Assembly (NCBI RefSeq): GCF_009914755.1
Contig: NC_060936.1
Origin: the human T2T-CHM13v2.0 reference genome, Homo sapiens
Reading direction: 5' to 3' (one strand)
DNA length: 64,000 nt
The position numbers and the translations under genes are program-made. Under the pieces are notes generated by a model. It saw nothing but the letters and a program-made list of their open reading frames with translations. It made no database searches and was not told where the DNA came from. Below are positions 1-17,836 of this stretch, piece after piece (the first letter of the stretch is position 1; each line of letters opens with the position of its first letter).

Positions 1-375
1 GGGCACTGAGTGAGTAGAGGCAGGTGGGGGGCAGTGGTGGGGGCAAATAGAAGGAGCCAGCACCAAAGGGAGTCTGTCTCCAGGAAGGAGAGCAAGGGGG
101 GAGTCCCAAGTGTGCTTCCAGGAGCTAGAGGCTCAGCAAGTGGGCAGCCCTCCAAGGGCACCCACAGGTCAGCCTCACCCTCAGGCCCTGCAGAGAAGAG
201 AGAAGAGGTCTCTGCAGGTCTCCTCCCCGCTCACTAAGTGGGAGCAGCGCACTCAGGTGGGATGCGTCTGCCTCCTCCTGGTCCCTCCTCTTTCCTGCTG
301 ATTCCTCGCCACCCCCTCCAACCTTGTCCAGACCCGGGAGGGGCCCAGGTGAAGCTGGGGGCTAGGCGGGGCCCT

Positions 376-390
376 AGGACATTCTGTTCT
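376..390 (-). promoter_or_regulatory. SCNN1A: Glucocorticoid/mineralocorticoid response element in the SCNN1A 5' region
   Basis: The minus strand reads AGAACAgaaTGTCCT, a near-perfect GRE palindrome with a 3-nt spacer. It matches the alpha-ENaC GRE as I recall it. An adjacent GC box GGCGGGGC lies at 365-372. Confidence 0.85.
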
Positions 391-1309
391 TTTTTACACT
401 GTTGGCTGCCAGGCCAGGAATGTGTAATCGCCCCTGCTGTGGTCACAGAGTTGCAGGAATGTGGGCAACCAGAGGCAGCGCGAGGGCCACGCAGGACACT
501 GTGGACACAGACCCGGAGCCCAGGAAGAGGCAGGGAAAGCAGGCACTGAAGGTGCAGGGAGGATGTGGCCAGCGCTGGAAAGGAAGAGGGTGGGCATGGC
601 ACACGCCTAGACAGGCCCTGGGAGGAGGAGAAATTCGTTGATGGGCTATATTTTCTCCAAAATCTCTTTCCAAACTTAATGCAGCAAAAGGATAAGGAGT
701 GGAGTGCCAAGTGGTGAGCAAGGAGAGAGAGGAGGGTCAGAGAATCAGACCCAAAAAGGGCTGGAGGAGACTCGGGAGAGCCACCCACACAACCCAGGCC
801 CTGCACGCGGCAGGGAAGGCTGCCGCTTCCTCACGGGCCCCACAGGAGGCAGCCCAGAGTGCAGGAATGTGGTCACTGGCTTGTCCTGCCTCCCTCCACA
901 AGCCAGCAGACAAAGGCCCAGCCTGAGCATTGATACACACCGGGGGAGGAGATAGGCCTGCAATACAATAAGATAAGGTTTCTATTTGTACACTTTAAAA
1001 GATTGTCTTTAAAACGGACTTCTAACAAAAGTGCAGATCTCAGATTTCTCAGAGATAAGACATAAGAGCCAAGGGCTAGGGGAGCCTAGGGGCTCACTGC
1101 AGGAGACTCAGGAAGCCTTCCCAGAGAAGGTGTCATCTCTGCTGAATCTTGACAAGCAAGGAGTTTAGCAGGCAAAGAAGAGAAAAGGCAGTACTCCAGG
1201 CTCAGGGTCCAACCTGGTCTGTGGCTTCCTCTCTTGCGGCAGTCTCTTGCGACTTCTTAAAGTGAAAGCCGGTGTCAACCAGGATTCCAAACCAGGTTCC
1301 CTTGCTTAC

Positions 1310-1324
1310 CTTGATACTGCTCAT
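1310..1324 (-). CDS. SCNN1A: Coding end of an alternative upstream first exon of SCNN1A (N-terminal MSSIK); the rest of the gene lies left of the window
   Basis: The minus strand reads ATG AGC AGT ATC AAG followed by a consensus donor GTAAGC (1309-1304). MSSIK matches the start of the N-terminally extended alpha-ENaC isoform. The position head-to-head with LTBR fits the known locus. Confidence 0.75.
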
Positions 1325-3709
1325 GATACCTCCCCTTGGAAGGGACAGCTGGATTTTTCTTCATTGTCCTAATGAAGAAACTGACCCTTCCCAAGGATAA
1401 ATCAGTTTTCTGAGGTTAGAAAACAAAATAGGAGCAGAGCTATAAACAGAATTCAGAATTCTCCTCCTCCTCTGGGGCTATCTACTTAGCGCTTTTGCCA
1501 TTTACTTCCTGAGACAGACTCATGGGGGATCGGGGCTCAGGTGCACCTGGATGTGAAAGCCGGGAAGGCCTCCCTCACTCCCACACAGAGCCCGTGGATT
1601 CGTCTGCTCTCTGGGTGCTGGGTTATCTCCTTGGCTCTGTGAAAAGGTCTCTGCACTGTCCCCACTGCCCCACATATCCCAGAGACCCCTAGAAACTCCA
1701 GTCTCCCTTGAGCCAGGTCCTTACATTGGGCATGGTCCTCCCTGCAATAAGGTGCTCAGCACCCTGGCTGTTTGATCTCAAAGGTTCTGAAAAGCACCTC
1801 CCTGCCTTTTCTATTTGCCAGCTCATGCCTGAAATCCAACCACTAGCTTAAGGCAGCATGGCAAATAGTTTTCATATCAAGGGCTCTGTGAGAAGAATTG
1901 CAATGCCTGGTCTGGGCTGAGCCAAAGGGTGGTGACCCTGCCACGTCCTGCCGGGTATGGGAGTGGCAATGCGAGCCTAGTGCTGCAGCATTCTAGACCT
2001 GGAGCGGGCTAGAACAGGCTTGGTGTTGTGAGGAAAATAGAAATCTGAGACCTGGACTTTGGTCAGAAGTCCATTTTAAAGATGATCTTTTAAAGTGTAC
2101 AAATAATACACAAATATGTTTTTGTCACAGTACAATTTTTCAGCAATACAGAAGTATATAGAGCTTCCCTTAGTCCCCTTCCTTTCCCTCCCCAAAGGGG
2201 AGCCACCATAATTTGTATATCTGTCTATATCTTTTTGTGTGCCTTTATAAACTTACATGTATTTTTAAAAAACAAAATATATAGTTCTTTTTTTATGACA
2301 GAGACCATGCTATAGGTATGTTTCTACAACTTCCATTTTTGCTTTTATTTTCTTATTTATCTTAGAGACAGGATCATGCACTATCCTCTAGGCTGGAGTA
2401 CAGCAGCATGATCATGGCTCACTGCAGCCTCCAACTCCTAGGCTCAAGCAGTCCTCCTGCCTCAGCCTCCCAAAGTGCTGGGATTACAAGTGTGAGCCAC
2501 CATACTCAGCCCCTATTTTTGCTTTTAAACTATGTGACTTTGAGAAAGGCACTTGACCTCTATGGGCCCCGGTGATCTTACCTGAGAAAATGAAAGGGCA
2601 AGAAGGGGTGGGTAAGGCAACCCAGATGGGCACAAAGACTTTTTCCAGCTGACCTTGCATCTAGCCCCCTGCTTCATGCATGAGGGGACTGAGGCCCACA
2701 GAAGCAAAGTGACTTGGCCACAGTCACCCAGGAGTTAGGGGTGGGGTCAGACTGAAAACCAGGCCACTCCTTTCCAAGCCCAGTTCTCCTTCTCTGACTT
2801 TGAGAGAAGTACAGTTTTGTTCTATAAGAAGTCAAGAGCTTTGTAGACTCTGTCTTGGAAGGACCCCCTGCCTTCCCAGGACTACCCCCAGACTCCCCCA
2901 GAGCCCCAGCCCTTCCCGCCAACCCAGGGCTGCCTTCCCCTCCCAACACCAGCTATCCTCTAACCCTGTGGTGTGGCCATAAAATATGCACGGCTGCAGG
3001 GAGAGAAGTGAAACCAGAGGGGCTGCCATGGGATGAGGGTTATGAGTGCAAAGGGTCTTCCTGCCTCTTGTTCTCCGCGGACAGGAGATGACGGAAGTAA
3101 TCACTCCACCCTCCTAGGGAGAGCCTATCTCTGCACTTACCACTGTTTACTATTATTTATTATTATTATTTACTATTATCCTGATGTATGTGTGTTTGTA
3201 CGTATACATCCGTTTGGGGTCCCTGACTTCCCGCAACACAAGGACAGAGACCAGGCGTATTCATCTTGGTGACCTCAGTGTCTAGCGGTCACTGTTTGCT
3301 GACCCAGTCTGCAGAAGACAGCAGAACTGGCGTCTTTCCTAGTTCATCTTTGACAGAGCGGGATATGCTACGAAAAAGCATCTGCAAAACTTCAAACATC
3401 CTAACTTCCTCTGACAACCCATTTATTTGTGGTCTATTAATTTATCTAAATTTTCTTCACTTTTCCCTGTTCACTTCTATCCTTTCCAGGATAAGAATCA
3501 GTTACTTAGTTAAATGCAACTCTTTATTCTTACTACTTGGAGCTAATTAGCCACTTCACACTGGGGGCTGCCCACTGTGGAAGACAACAGTCCTTTCAGC
3601 TGCCCTTATGTGGTACAGATTTCTCTTTCATTTAAAATGATGGACCAGAAAAATGCCACTCTTCATCTAGTCCCCTGGCAGTTTACTTAGAAGTTCACTA
3701 CTAGAAGTT

Positions 3710-4028
3710 GGCCGGGCATGGTGGCTCACGCCTGTAATCCCAGCACTTTGGGAGGCCGAGGCGGGTGGATCATGAGGTCAGGGGATCGAGGCCATCCTGG
3801 CTAACATGGTGAAACCCCGTCTCTACTAAAATTACAAAAAAAAATTAGCTGGGCATAAGTGGTGCACGCCTGTAGTCCCAGCTACTCGGGAGGCTGAGGC
3901 AGGAGAATGGCATAAAACCGGGGAGGTGGAGCTTGGAGTGAGCCAAGATCGTGCCACTGCACTCCAGCCTGGGAGACAAAGCAAGACTCTGTCTCAAAAA
4001 AAAAAAAACAAAAAAAAAAAACAAAAAA
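3710..4028 (+). mobile_element. Full-length Alu (Y/Sc-like) with 21-bp TSD
   Basis: GGCCGGGC head, two arms and A tail; TSD AGAAGTTCACTACTAGAAGTT at 3689-3709 and 4029-4049. Confidence 0.95.
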
Positions 4029-4067
4029 AGAAGTTCACTACTAGAAGTTTATCACTTTGATTGAAGA

Positions 4068-4292
4068 CAGGGTTTATCAACCTTGGCACTATTGACATTT
4101 TCGGCTGTATCATTCTTTGTGGTGGGACAGGATGATTCTGTCCTATCTACAATCCTGTGCAGGATGTTCAGCAGCATCCCTGGCTTCCATCTATTAGATG
4201 CTAGTAGCACCTCCTGAGTCATTGTGACCAAAACATCTCCAAATATTGCCAAATGACTTCTGGGGGGCAAAGTCACCCCGTTGAAAAGACTG
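4068..4292. mobile_element. MER20 (hAT-Charlie MITE)
   Basis: CAG...TCAACCTTGGCACTATTGACATTT...GCAGCATCCCTGGC...ATTGCCAAATG...TTGAAAAGACTG matches the MER20 consensus by eye. Confidence 0.85.
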
Positions 4293-4459
4293 GGTTAAGG
4301 CATTGTCACCACTGAAAATGCAAATACTCTGGAAAAGGACAACCCTCATCTGTTATGCACTTCTGGGTGTTTGCCAGACCATTTCCAAGAGCACTAGTCA
4401 GCTAAGAGCAGAGTGGAGAAGAAGAGAGAAAGAAAAAGTATTTAGAAGAATCCATTCCT

Positions 4460-4797
<338 letters not shown>

Positions 4798-5753
4798 TCA
4801 GCCCCCTTTCTGGATGCCTAATGGGCCTGTGGAAAGAAGGCTCTCTCAGCAGCTCCTTCGGAAGAAGGCCTGGGAGAAGAGTCCCACCCTCACACACCTT
4901 CTAGGCGTCCTGGGGTGCTCGGTCTGGGTCTGGTGTTGCCCAGTGGAAATCAGTCTCAGGAGGCTCTGGTGAAAAACACAAAAGGACAGGAGTAAAGACA
5001 ATGCCCTGCCCGCGGTGAACCTGTGGATTTCTCACCCCTGGAGTCTCCCTTTATCCTCCTGGGGATGGCTGGGCATTATAGTAGCCATTTATTGGTAAGA
5101 TTTGTCTTTCGTGATCCAGCTGGGAAACAAGAAACACTCTAAGTCTTTCAAACAGAAGAAGTTTAACACAGAGAACTAACTGGTACATGGGTGATGGAGG
5201 AGCTGAGAAGACAATGGGAGGCAGCTCAGAAAACAGCAGAGCGGGAAGCAGCTACCATCTCTAGGCCTGGAAAGATGGCAGGGTGATGTAGCATCAAAGA
5301 CCAAGAAGCCTCCAGAGCCATTTGGCAGGAACTAAATAGTGTGGACTACTGGTAGGAGATGGGATTATGGAAGTGGGGAAGGAAGGAAGACAACCAACTG
5401 CAGGTGAAGCCAGAAAGCAGAGAGGAGAGAAATAGCCTGGCTGCTTCACTCCTCCCATCCCACCTCCATCCCACAGACCTGCAAGCAAACCAGTAGCTGA
5501 CTGACACAATAAAGAGGCACACAGAGATAAAGTGATGGGGCCAGGATCAAAACCCAGATCTCAGGGCTCGTTCCTTAGGGTGTAGAGAGTCCATGAGGGC
5601 TGAAGCGCCAGCTTACGGCTGGCAGCAGAAAGAAACATACAGTCCAGCCAGCTGGGGTTAAAAGGGGTCTGGACATAGTGGTTACCTGTGAAGCAGGAAG
5701 CTTTGACTGGGAAGGGCATGTAGCAAACATTTGTAGTGCAAGGAACATTCTGG

Positions 5754-6060
5754 GGCCGGGTGCCGTGGCTCACACCTGTAATCCCAGCACTTTGGGAGGC
5801 CAAGGCGGGTGGATCACAACATCAGGAGTTCAAGACCAGCCTGGTCAACATGGCGAAACCCCATCTCTACTAAAAATACAAAAATCAGCCAGGCATGGTG
5901 GCAGGCGCCCGTAATCCCAGCTACTCGGGAGGTTGAGGCAGAGAATTGTTTGAACCTGGGAGGCAGAGGTTGTAGTGAGCCGAGATTGCACCACTGCACT
6001 CCAGCCTGGGCGACAAAGCGAGACTCTGTATGGAAAGGAAAAGAGAAAAGAAGAGAAGAG
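5754..6060 (+). mobile_element. AluS
   Basis: Alu dimer with a GA-rich decayed tail. Confidence 0.9.
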
Positions 6061-7779
6061 AAGAGGTGTTCTGGACCAGTTGGGGGATATGCAAGAATAC
6101 ACAAAAGTGAAGACTCTCTGAGCTGTATCTGTAAGATCAGTGTACCTTACGTGTTTCATTGTATTATATGTTACACCTCTATTAAAAGAAAGGGTCTCAG
6201 CAGCATAAGACAGGGTGGGGAAAAAAAGAAAAATAGAATAGAGAAAGAGTCCCTGTCTTTTAGGGTAAAATCCTGAAATATTTTCAAATGAAATGATATG
6301 ATGTCTGGGATTTACTTCAAAATAATAATGAGGGATTTGAAGAGTGTGTGCGTTGGTGGGGGAGGGGGTATACAGAATAAATGAAACTGACAGTGAGTTG
6401 AAGCTGGGTAAGGAGTATATGGGAGACTCCCAATATTACTTTTTCTCTTTTGGTATATTATCTTGCATGTGGAATTTCCACAGTAAAAAGTAAAAAGAAG
6501 AGAGAGAAAAAAGGACCTAGGGTCGCTACACACACATTCCTTTACGCGTTTAAGAGCTCAGCAGGGACTCTCATCCCAGCCCCCAGCGCTAGGGCCCTGG
6601 AAGGCTCAGCAGCCCCGCGCAGTGCATGCTGTTCTGATACTTCTGCCCTTTCCAGCCATCTTTGGCCCATCTGTACGGTGAGCTGCCTGCACCAGGTGAG
6701 GGGAGAGAGCCTCACAGAGTGAAATGCCTACAGCCTAGGCAGGTCCTTTCCCCCTTTTGTGACCTCTCCTCCCCATGCACACTTCCCATCACCTGCACCT
6801 GTCCAGACATCAGACCTGAAGTTAGACAGACCAGTGTAAGGATGAGTGCTGAACAGAGTCCTTCAGGGAGGGGGATAGTGCCCAAGTGACCTATCTCAAG
6901 AGAAGTTAGCCCCTCATCCCAAGGGAGACATCCCTGAGCCACAAGGAGTTGGCAGGACTGCTGGAATGAGTTGGGACCTAGACATCAGGAGACCCAGATT
7001 GTAGCTGGCTCTGCGGTGGACTGGCTCTGTGATGTGGCCATCACTCATTTATTCCATAAATACCTATTGGGCACATGGTATGTGCCAGACTCTGCTAAGC
7101 ATGGGGAACACAGACTTGAAGATTCAGCCTGGGCCATGGTGGCACTCACAGCCTGGTGGGAAGCAAACAAGACAGCCAGGTACAGAGGGCAGTCTTCACG
7201 GGGACTGTGCAACCTAGGGCAGAGGTTGCCTTCCAGAGCCTCAGTGAAGCCTCAAGGACAGGTGGGAGTTAGGAAGACGGAAACTTGGGGACCAGAGAAC
7301 CACGTGTAAAAGGGGGCAGCTGCAAGTAACTCCACGGGTGGGTGGGGTGTTGGGTTGAGGGAGATGGGAGGATGAAACAGGGCAGGAACGAGACCAGGCC
7401 ACCCTGGAATCCCGGTTCCCTTATGTATCACCCTTAGCCTCCCTCTCCATGCTTAAGGTGAGGGGGCTGGACTGCGTGGGCTCTCAGCTTTCTCCAGTTC
7501 TAAGGGGTTTGAAGGTTCATGGGCAAAGAAGCCAGAGCAGAGGGCCTGAGTGCCCAGGTCCAGCCTGCTGGCCCCAGGACTCCCCTCCGCATATCCTCCC
7601 CCTCTCTTTGGGAGGGAGGTTCCCTGAGGACAGGGAGCAGGGCAAGCTGCACAGCTCTCAAGGGTCTCCTAGGTGACCTGTGCCCACTCCTGTGCGGATT
7701 GGGCTGGGTTGGTAGCGTGGGGGGCTGGCTGATTTGCTAGTCCCTTGTAATTTGTCTGAAAAACTCCCACAGTAGGGCA

Positions 7780-9467
<1,688 letters not shown>

Positions 9468-9686
9468 TGAAAAGGAGGCTGGGTGCCAGGGATCTCAAGT
9501 GGGAGCAGGGAATATGGTACTGTGTCCACGGCGACCCCCCAGATCCTTGGCTTAAAATTCCTCTTCTCATTCCATGCAGAGGCTCACAGAAGGGTTCTGG
9601 AGGGACATGGAACTGGGACAGGTGCAGGGGACACAGGAGGTGGTTCTTCTCAGTACTGGGAAGCTTGGGCAAAATGGTAGGCAGTA

Positions 9687-10229
<543 letters not shown>

Positions 10230-10383
10230 TGAGTGCAGCCCCACCCAAGCTCCTTCCACCCTCTGAGAAGCCTCAGCTGCTAACAACCCCCAGCGCCTAT
10301 CCTTGACACCACGGACTCGACTCACCACTTTCAGCCTCCCCGCCTGCCCAGTGGAGTCGGGACACTGGTGGGCCAGGGCGTGA

Positions 10384-10596
<213 letters not shown>

Positions 10597-10668
10597 TGAA
10601 CACTTCCCTCCCAGAATTGGGCAAGAAGAAAGTTCCTTACAGAAAAAATTGGAGTATCTCTAGGCTAG

Positions 10669-10671
<3 letters not shown>

Positions 10672-10701
<30 letters not shown>
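10672..10701. repeat. (AC)15 microsatellite in LTBR intron 6
   Basis: Perfect AC dinucleotide run. Confidence 0.97.
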
Positions 10702-10703
<2 letters not shown>

Positions 10704-12339
10704 TTAAAATTATATATACTGTAATACTATGTCAAGGAACACATCCCACACTGAGATGTAATGATAACTACTATTGTCATCATTTTGGGCTTACCAACAT
10801 TACACAATCCGTTTTTTTTTTTTCACACAATCCATTAACTAGACCAAACACCTCTTTATTAGACTATATACTTTTATTATTAGACAGAAGATTCCCATTT
10901 GACTCTTTCTTGACTGTTTCCTGTGGACTGATTGGCTTGCTAGCCTAGTAGATGACTATTGTTTCTAATGACTGTAACATCACTAATTGGCAGAAGGTTC
11001 ACTGTGTGTGTTGGGCACTCTGTAACCACTTTACATTTACTAACTCATTTAATCTTCTTAATGATGCTATGAAGTAGATTCTATTATCATCCTCATGGAC
11101 TGAAGGAAGAAACCGAGGCTCAAAGAGGTTAAGTGATATACTCAAGATCACCCACACAGGTGGTCACTGGTGTTATTAGAACCTGTACTCAGGTTTTCTT
11201 ACTCCAGAGCCCATGTCATAATGCATGCACTATAGAAAATTAGAGACTTCAGATAAGCAAAACTAAAAACTCACCCACAGAGCCACTACCTAGAATATCC
11301 ACTCGTTACATTGTGGTATATATCCTCCCGGACATTTTCTATGCATGTTTATACATACTGGGTTTTGTTGTTGTTTACTAAAAGTGAAGTAATTTTAATA
11401 TTTCGTAACCTGATTTTTTCATTCCACAATCTAAGTATTTTTCTGTGCCCTGTTAATTTTTAACTATGTATCAAATACAACTGGCATTTTAGAGCTGGAA
11501 TTTTAGAGAGTATGTAAGCTAACCTCATCCTATATATGAAAAACTGATGCCCAAAGAAGTGAAATGACTTAAAAGTCACACAGCCGGGCAGGAAACCGTG
11601 GCCCAGACTCCCAGTCCAGTTTCTCCCCAGGCCTCCCATCCCATATTCCCTTAGGCTACAGATTTACATGAATGAGAAGAGGCAAAATGCCCAGCATAGA
11701 AATGCGGGAGTCCTCCCGCCCTTCCCCAGGCGTAGCTGACGGACACTGGAGGCTCCATGCTATTGCTGGCAGCACTGGTACCCAGAGAAAGAGAAATTAC
11801 CCACTGCTACAGATCACAGCTGGAGAAGCCGAACTCCAGCCTCTCTTTCTCTTCCCCTCCTAGAACCTGCCCTGAGCAAGGGGGTGGAGAACTTGCAAGC
11901 CCTGCTCTACCAGGCGGCCACAGGCAGTTCCGAAGCAAGTTTCCCTACTCTCTCACCCCTGTAAACACCCCCACAGGTACAGGTACAGCAGGGCAACCCT
12001 AGCTCCTCTACAGCAGCCCCTCTGTACAATGGCTGAGGCCACAGAAATGTGGCTCTAGCCTGTGTCTGTTTACAACTCCAAGTCCCACCCTTCCCTACTG
12101 TCTCCCAATCCCACTTCCAGACCTTGAAAATCAACTGCCTAAGCTCCCATCCTGCACACGCAAGCCTGCCCAATCCTGGTCTCTGAGCAGGAGGGCACCC
12201 ACACCACCCCCAAACATGCCCATCCATGATACAGTCTCTCCTGGCTGCCAAGAGGTCCTCAAGTCCAACTTAGTTCCCCTTCTCTATAACCCAAGGGAAG
12301 TTTCTCTCATTCTGCCTTTAGGAGCTGCATTGTGTCTAG

Positions 12340-13005
<666 letters not shown>

Positions 13006-13425
13006 TGATGATTTACTGAACATGCCACGTACCAGGCACTGTCCTAGGCACTGGGCGTACAGCAGTGAGCAAAACACAGTACCTCATTTCCTGGAGTTCA
13101 CATGCCCATGGAGCAAGAATAAGTTAAACTATATATCAGGTGGTATAATTGCTAAACAAAGCAGGGAAGGGGTCAATGAGTGACAGTGGCAAAGGATGGG
13201 GGTATTTTAGACAGAGTGGAGAGTGAAGGCCTCTCTGAGAACCTGATATTTGAGCGGAGAGCTGAAGAAGCAAGGAGCCAGCCATGGGGTTATCTGGGGA
13301 GAAAGTGCTCCAGGAAGAGGGAGCAACCAGTGCAAAGACCCTGAGGCAGGGGGCATGGGGAGGAGCAGAGGCAAGTGGTGAGTTGCCAAAGCATGCGGTG
13401 GGGTGTGGGAACTAAAGAAAGATGA

Positions 13426-14485
<1,060 letters not shown>

Positions 14486-14585
14486 TAAAAAGACCAAAAC
14501 AGAGGCAGACAGAGACTCCGCTGCCAGTCAGTGTCACAACTAGAGAAGAGGGAAGAGACTGGAAAACCCAGAAGCAGAGAAATGA

Positions 14586-15002
<417 letters not shown>

Positions 15003-15611
15003 CGGAGTCTGAGAAAAGGCAGAAGAAGGGGGGCACAAGGGCACCTTCTCCCTTGAGGCTGCCCTGCCCACGTGGGATTCACAGGGGCCTGAGTAGGGCC
15101 CGGGGAAGCAGAGCCCTAAGGGATTAAGGCTCAGACACCTCTGAGAGCAGGTGGGCACTGGCTGGGTACGGTGCCCTCCACAGGACTCTCCCTACTGCCT
15201 GAGCAAACCTGAGGCCTCCCGGCAGACCCACCCACCCCCTGGGGCTGCTCAGCCTCAGGCACGGACAGGGCACATGATACCAACTGCTGCCCACTACGGC
15301 ACGCCGCACCGGAGCACGGCACCGAGGGAGCCGCCACACGGTCACCTGCAAGGACGTCACGGGCCCCTCTAAAGGATTCGTGGTGCTCATCCCCAAGCTT
15401 CAGAGACCCTTTGGGGTTCCACACTTCACGTGGACTGAGGTAGACCCTGCATGAAGATGAAATTATAGGGAGGACGCTCCTTCCCTCCCCTCCTAGAGGA
15501 GAGGAAAGGGAGTCATTAACAACTAGGGGGTTGGGTAGGATTCCTAGGTATGGGGAAGAGTTTTGGAAGGGGAGGAAAATGGCAAGTGTATTTATATTGT
15601 AACCACATGCA

Positions 15612-15617
15612 AATAAA
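15612..15617 (+). terminator. LTBR: LTBR polyadenylation signal
   Basis: AATAAA ~610 nt after the stop, followed by a T-rich downstream element (~15637-15655). ATTTA at 15590-15594. Confidence 0.85.
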
Positions 15618-17456
15618 AAGAATGGGACCTAGATAATTTATTTTCTTGGGATTTATACAGAAACACTATTCCATGGAGACAATCTCAAAGACAAAGTCAA
15701 GACACTAAAATATAATCCCATAAAGATATTTCAGTGAGGAACTGGTGAGTATAGTCCAGGTAATAACAGTCTCGTCAGTGATGGCTGACAACGTGCCAGG
15801 CAGTGTTCTCAATGCTTTACAGTACTAACTTACTTAATCTTCACAATAACTCCCTAAGGTAGATATGATTCCCATTTAACAAATGAGGAAACTGAGGCAC
15901 AGAGCGGTAACTTTCCCAATTCAGCTGCAAATGACAAAGCTGGGATTTGCACCTAGTTCGTCTGGCTTTTAGAGGCCTCTTGGGGAAAAAAAAGCCTTCA
16001 TATACCACGCCCTTCCAGAATTTCTTTGAACGGGTAGAATGGTCTGGCCTTCTCAAATAATCAGATCTCTTGCATGTTCCGCAGGTGTTACTTTTCAGTC
16101 AACTCTCAAACATCTAGCCACACGCGAAGTGAAAAATGTTCTCCAAGGTTGATTGAAGGGAAATGTGTGCAATTTTTTTTTTTTTTTTGAGACAGGATCT
16201 AATTCTGTCACTCAGGCTGTTGTGCAGTGGCACTATTATGGCTCATGGCAACCTTGAACTCCTGGCTCAAGGGATCCGCCCACCTCAGCCTCCCAAGTAG
16301 CTGGGGCTATAGGTGTGTGCCACGACGCCCAGCTAATTTTTTGTATTTTTAGTAGAGATCAGGTCTCCCTGTGTTGCCCAGGCTGGTCTCGAACTCCTGG
16401 GCTCAAGCAATCCTCCTGCCTTGGCCTCTGAACATGCAGTGATTACAGGCGTGAGAGCCACCGTGCCTGACCTGAGGTGTGCACTTTAGACATAAAATGA
16501 GAGAGGCCAAGTTCACATTTTGTTGGTGAACAGAAATCTAGGCTGGCCTCCTTTTGGTTCAGAAAGAGTATTTATGATTTTTACTTTTTTGGTTTCTTTT
16601 TGTCTTCTTTTATTTTTACCCCCAAAAAGGACTTTAAATCTTCTCAAGCCCTCTTATTAGTAAATGTTTGCCCCTCCCTGCCCCTGAATTCTCTCCTGTG
16701 CTCGGTCGAGAGGATCTTAGCTTGCAGGATTGTTAGGGAGCTGCTGCCAGCCGGCTGCTCCTTCCATAAAAGGCCACTCTCATGGGTCTGATATGAGGAA
16801 CTCTGTCGCTGGAGCTCATCAGGGTGGGGCGGCTGCAAAACACACACCTCAGAAGGCGTCTGATCCAATGGAGTGGATGGGTCATTTAAGGTTGACTGTG
16901 AAAATATCACATCCAACTTCCTTTTTTGAAAAGTAAATAATGGTGAGCTGTATCTTTAAATAAAGTTAAATCCTCCTGCCCCTGCAATATGCTGGGGCCA
17001 GACCTCATGAATTCTTAATAATTGTTCGAATGTGTTTAGATAAAAAACAAATTTTATACATTTTTTTCAACAAAATAAAAGGAGGAAAATATTTTGAAAG
17101 AAATGATGCTGAAGCACAGCCCTTTGTGACACCATTCAAATTTATAATTATACCTGCCTGTATTTTTTTAGAGACAGGGTCTTACTGTGTCGCCCTGGCT
17201 TGAGTGCAGTGGTATAATCGTGGCTCATATAGCCTCAGCTCCTAGACTCAAATGATCCTCCTACCTCAGCCTCCCACGTAGCTAGAGCTACAGATGCGTG
17301 CCACCACACCTGGCTAATTTTTTTTTAATTTCTTTTTTAAGAAGTGGGGTCTTGCTATGTTGTCCAGGCTGGTCTCAAACTCCTGGGATCAAGTGATCCT
17401 CCCACCTCAGCCTCCCAAAGAGCTGAGATTGCAGGCATGAGCCACTGCACCTGGGC

Positions 17457-17836
17457 TGCCTAAATTAATTTTCTAGGGCCGCCATAACAAAGTACTGCAG
17501 ACTCGATAGCTTAAGCTGCAGAGATTTATCTTCTCACAGCTCTGGAGGCTGGAAGTCAGAGGTCAACGTGTTGGCAAGGTTGGTGTCCTCTGAGGCCTCT
17601 GTCCTTGGCCTGCTAATGGTGGCCTTCCTGCCACCTATGTCTTCACATGGTCTTGCCTTTGTGCATGAGTGTGTCCTAATCTTCTCTTAGTGGATTAGGG
17701 CCCATCCTGATGACCTCATTTTAACTTAATCACCTCTTTAAAGCCCCTGTCTCCAAATAAGGCCCCATTCTGAGGTCCTGGGAGTTAGGGCTTCAGCACG
17801 TGGATTTTGGAGGGAGACACAGTTCCACCCACAGCA
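17457..17836 (-). mobile_element. MLT1 (ERVL-MaLR) solo LTR, MLT1B-like
   Basis: GCCATAACAAAGTAC...TCTCACAGCTCTGGAGGCTGGAAGTC...ATGACCTCATTTTAACTTAATCACCTCTTTAAAG matches MLT1 by eye. Confidence 0.8.

Noticed and set aside
11907-11920. CTCF-like CTACCAGGCGGCCA in intron 6
   Set aside because: Several mismatches to the core motif; cannot be supported without PWM scoring or ChIP data.
15587-15596. Pumilio-like TGTATTTATA in the LTBR 3' UTR
   Set aside because: It does not match UGUANAUA and contains only a single ATTTA pentamer.
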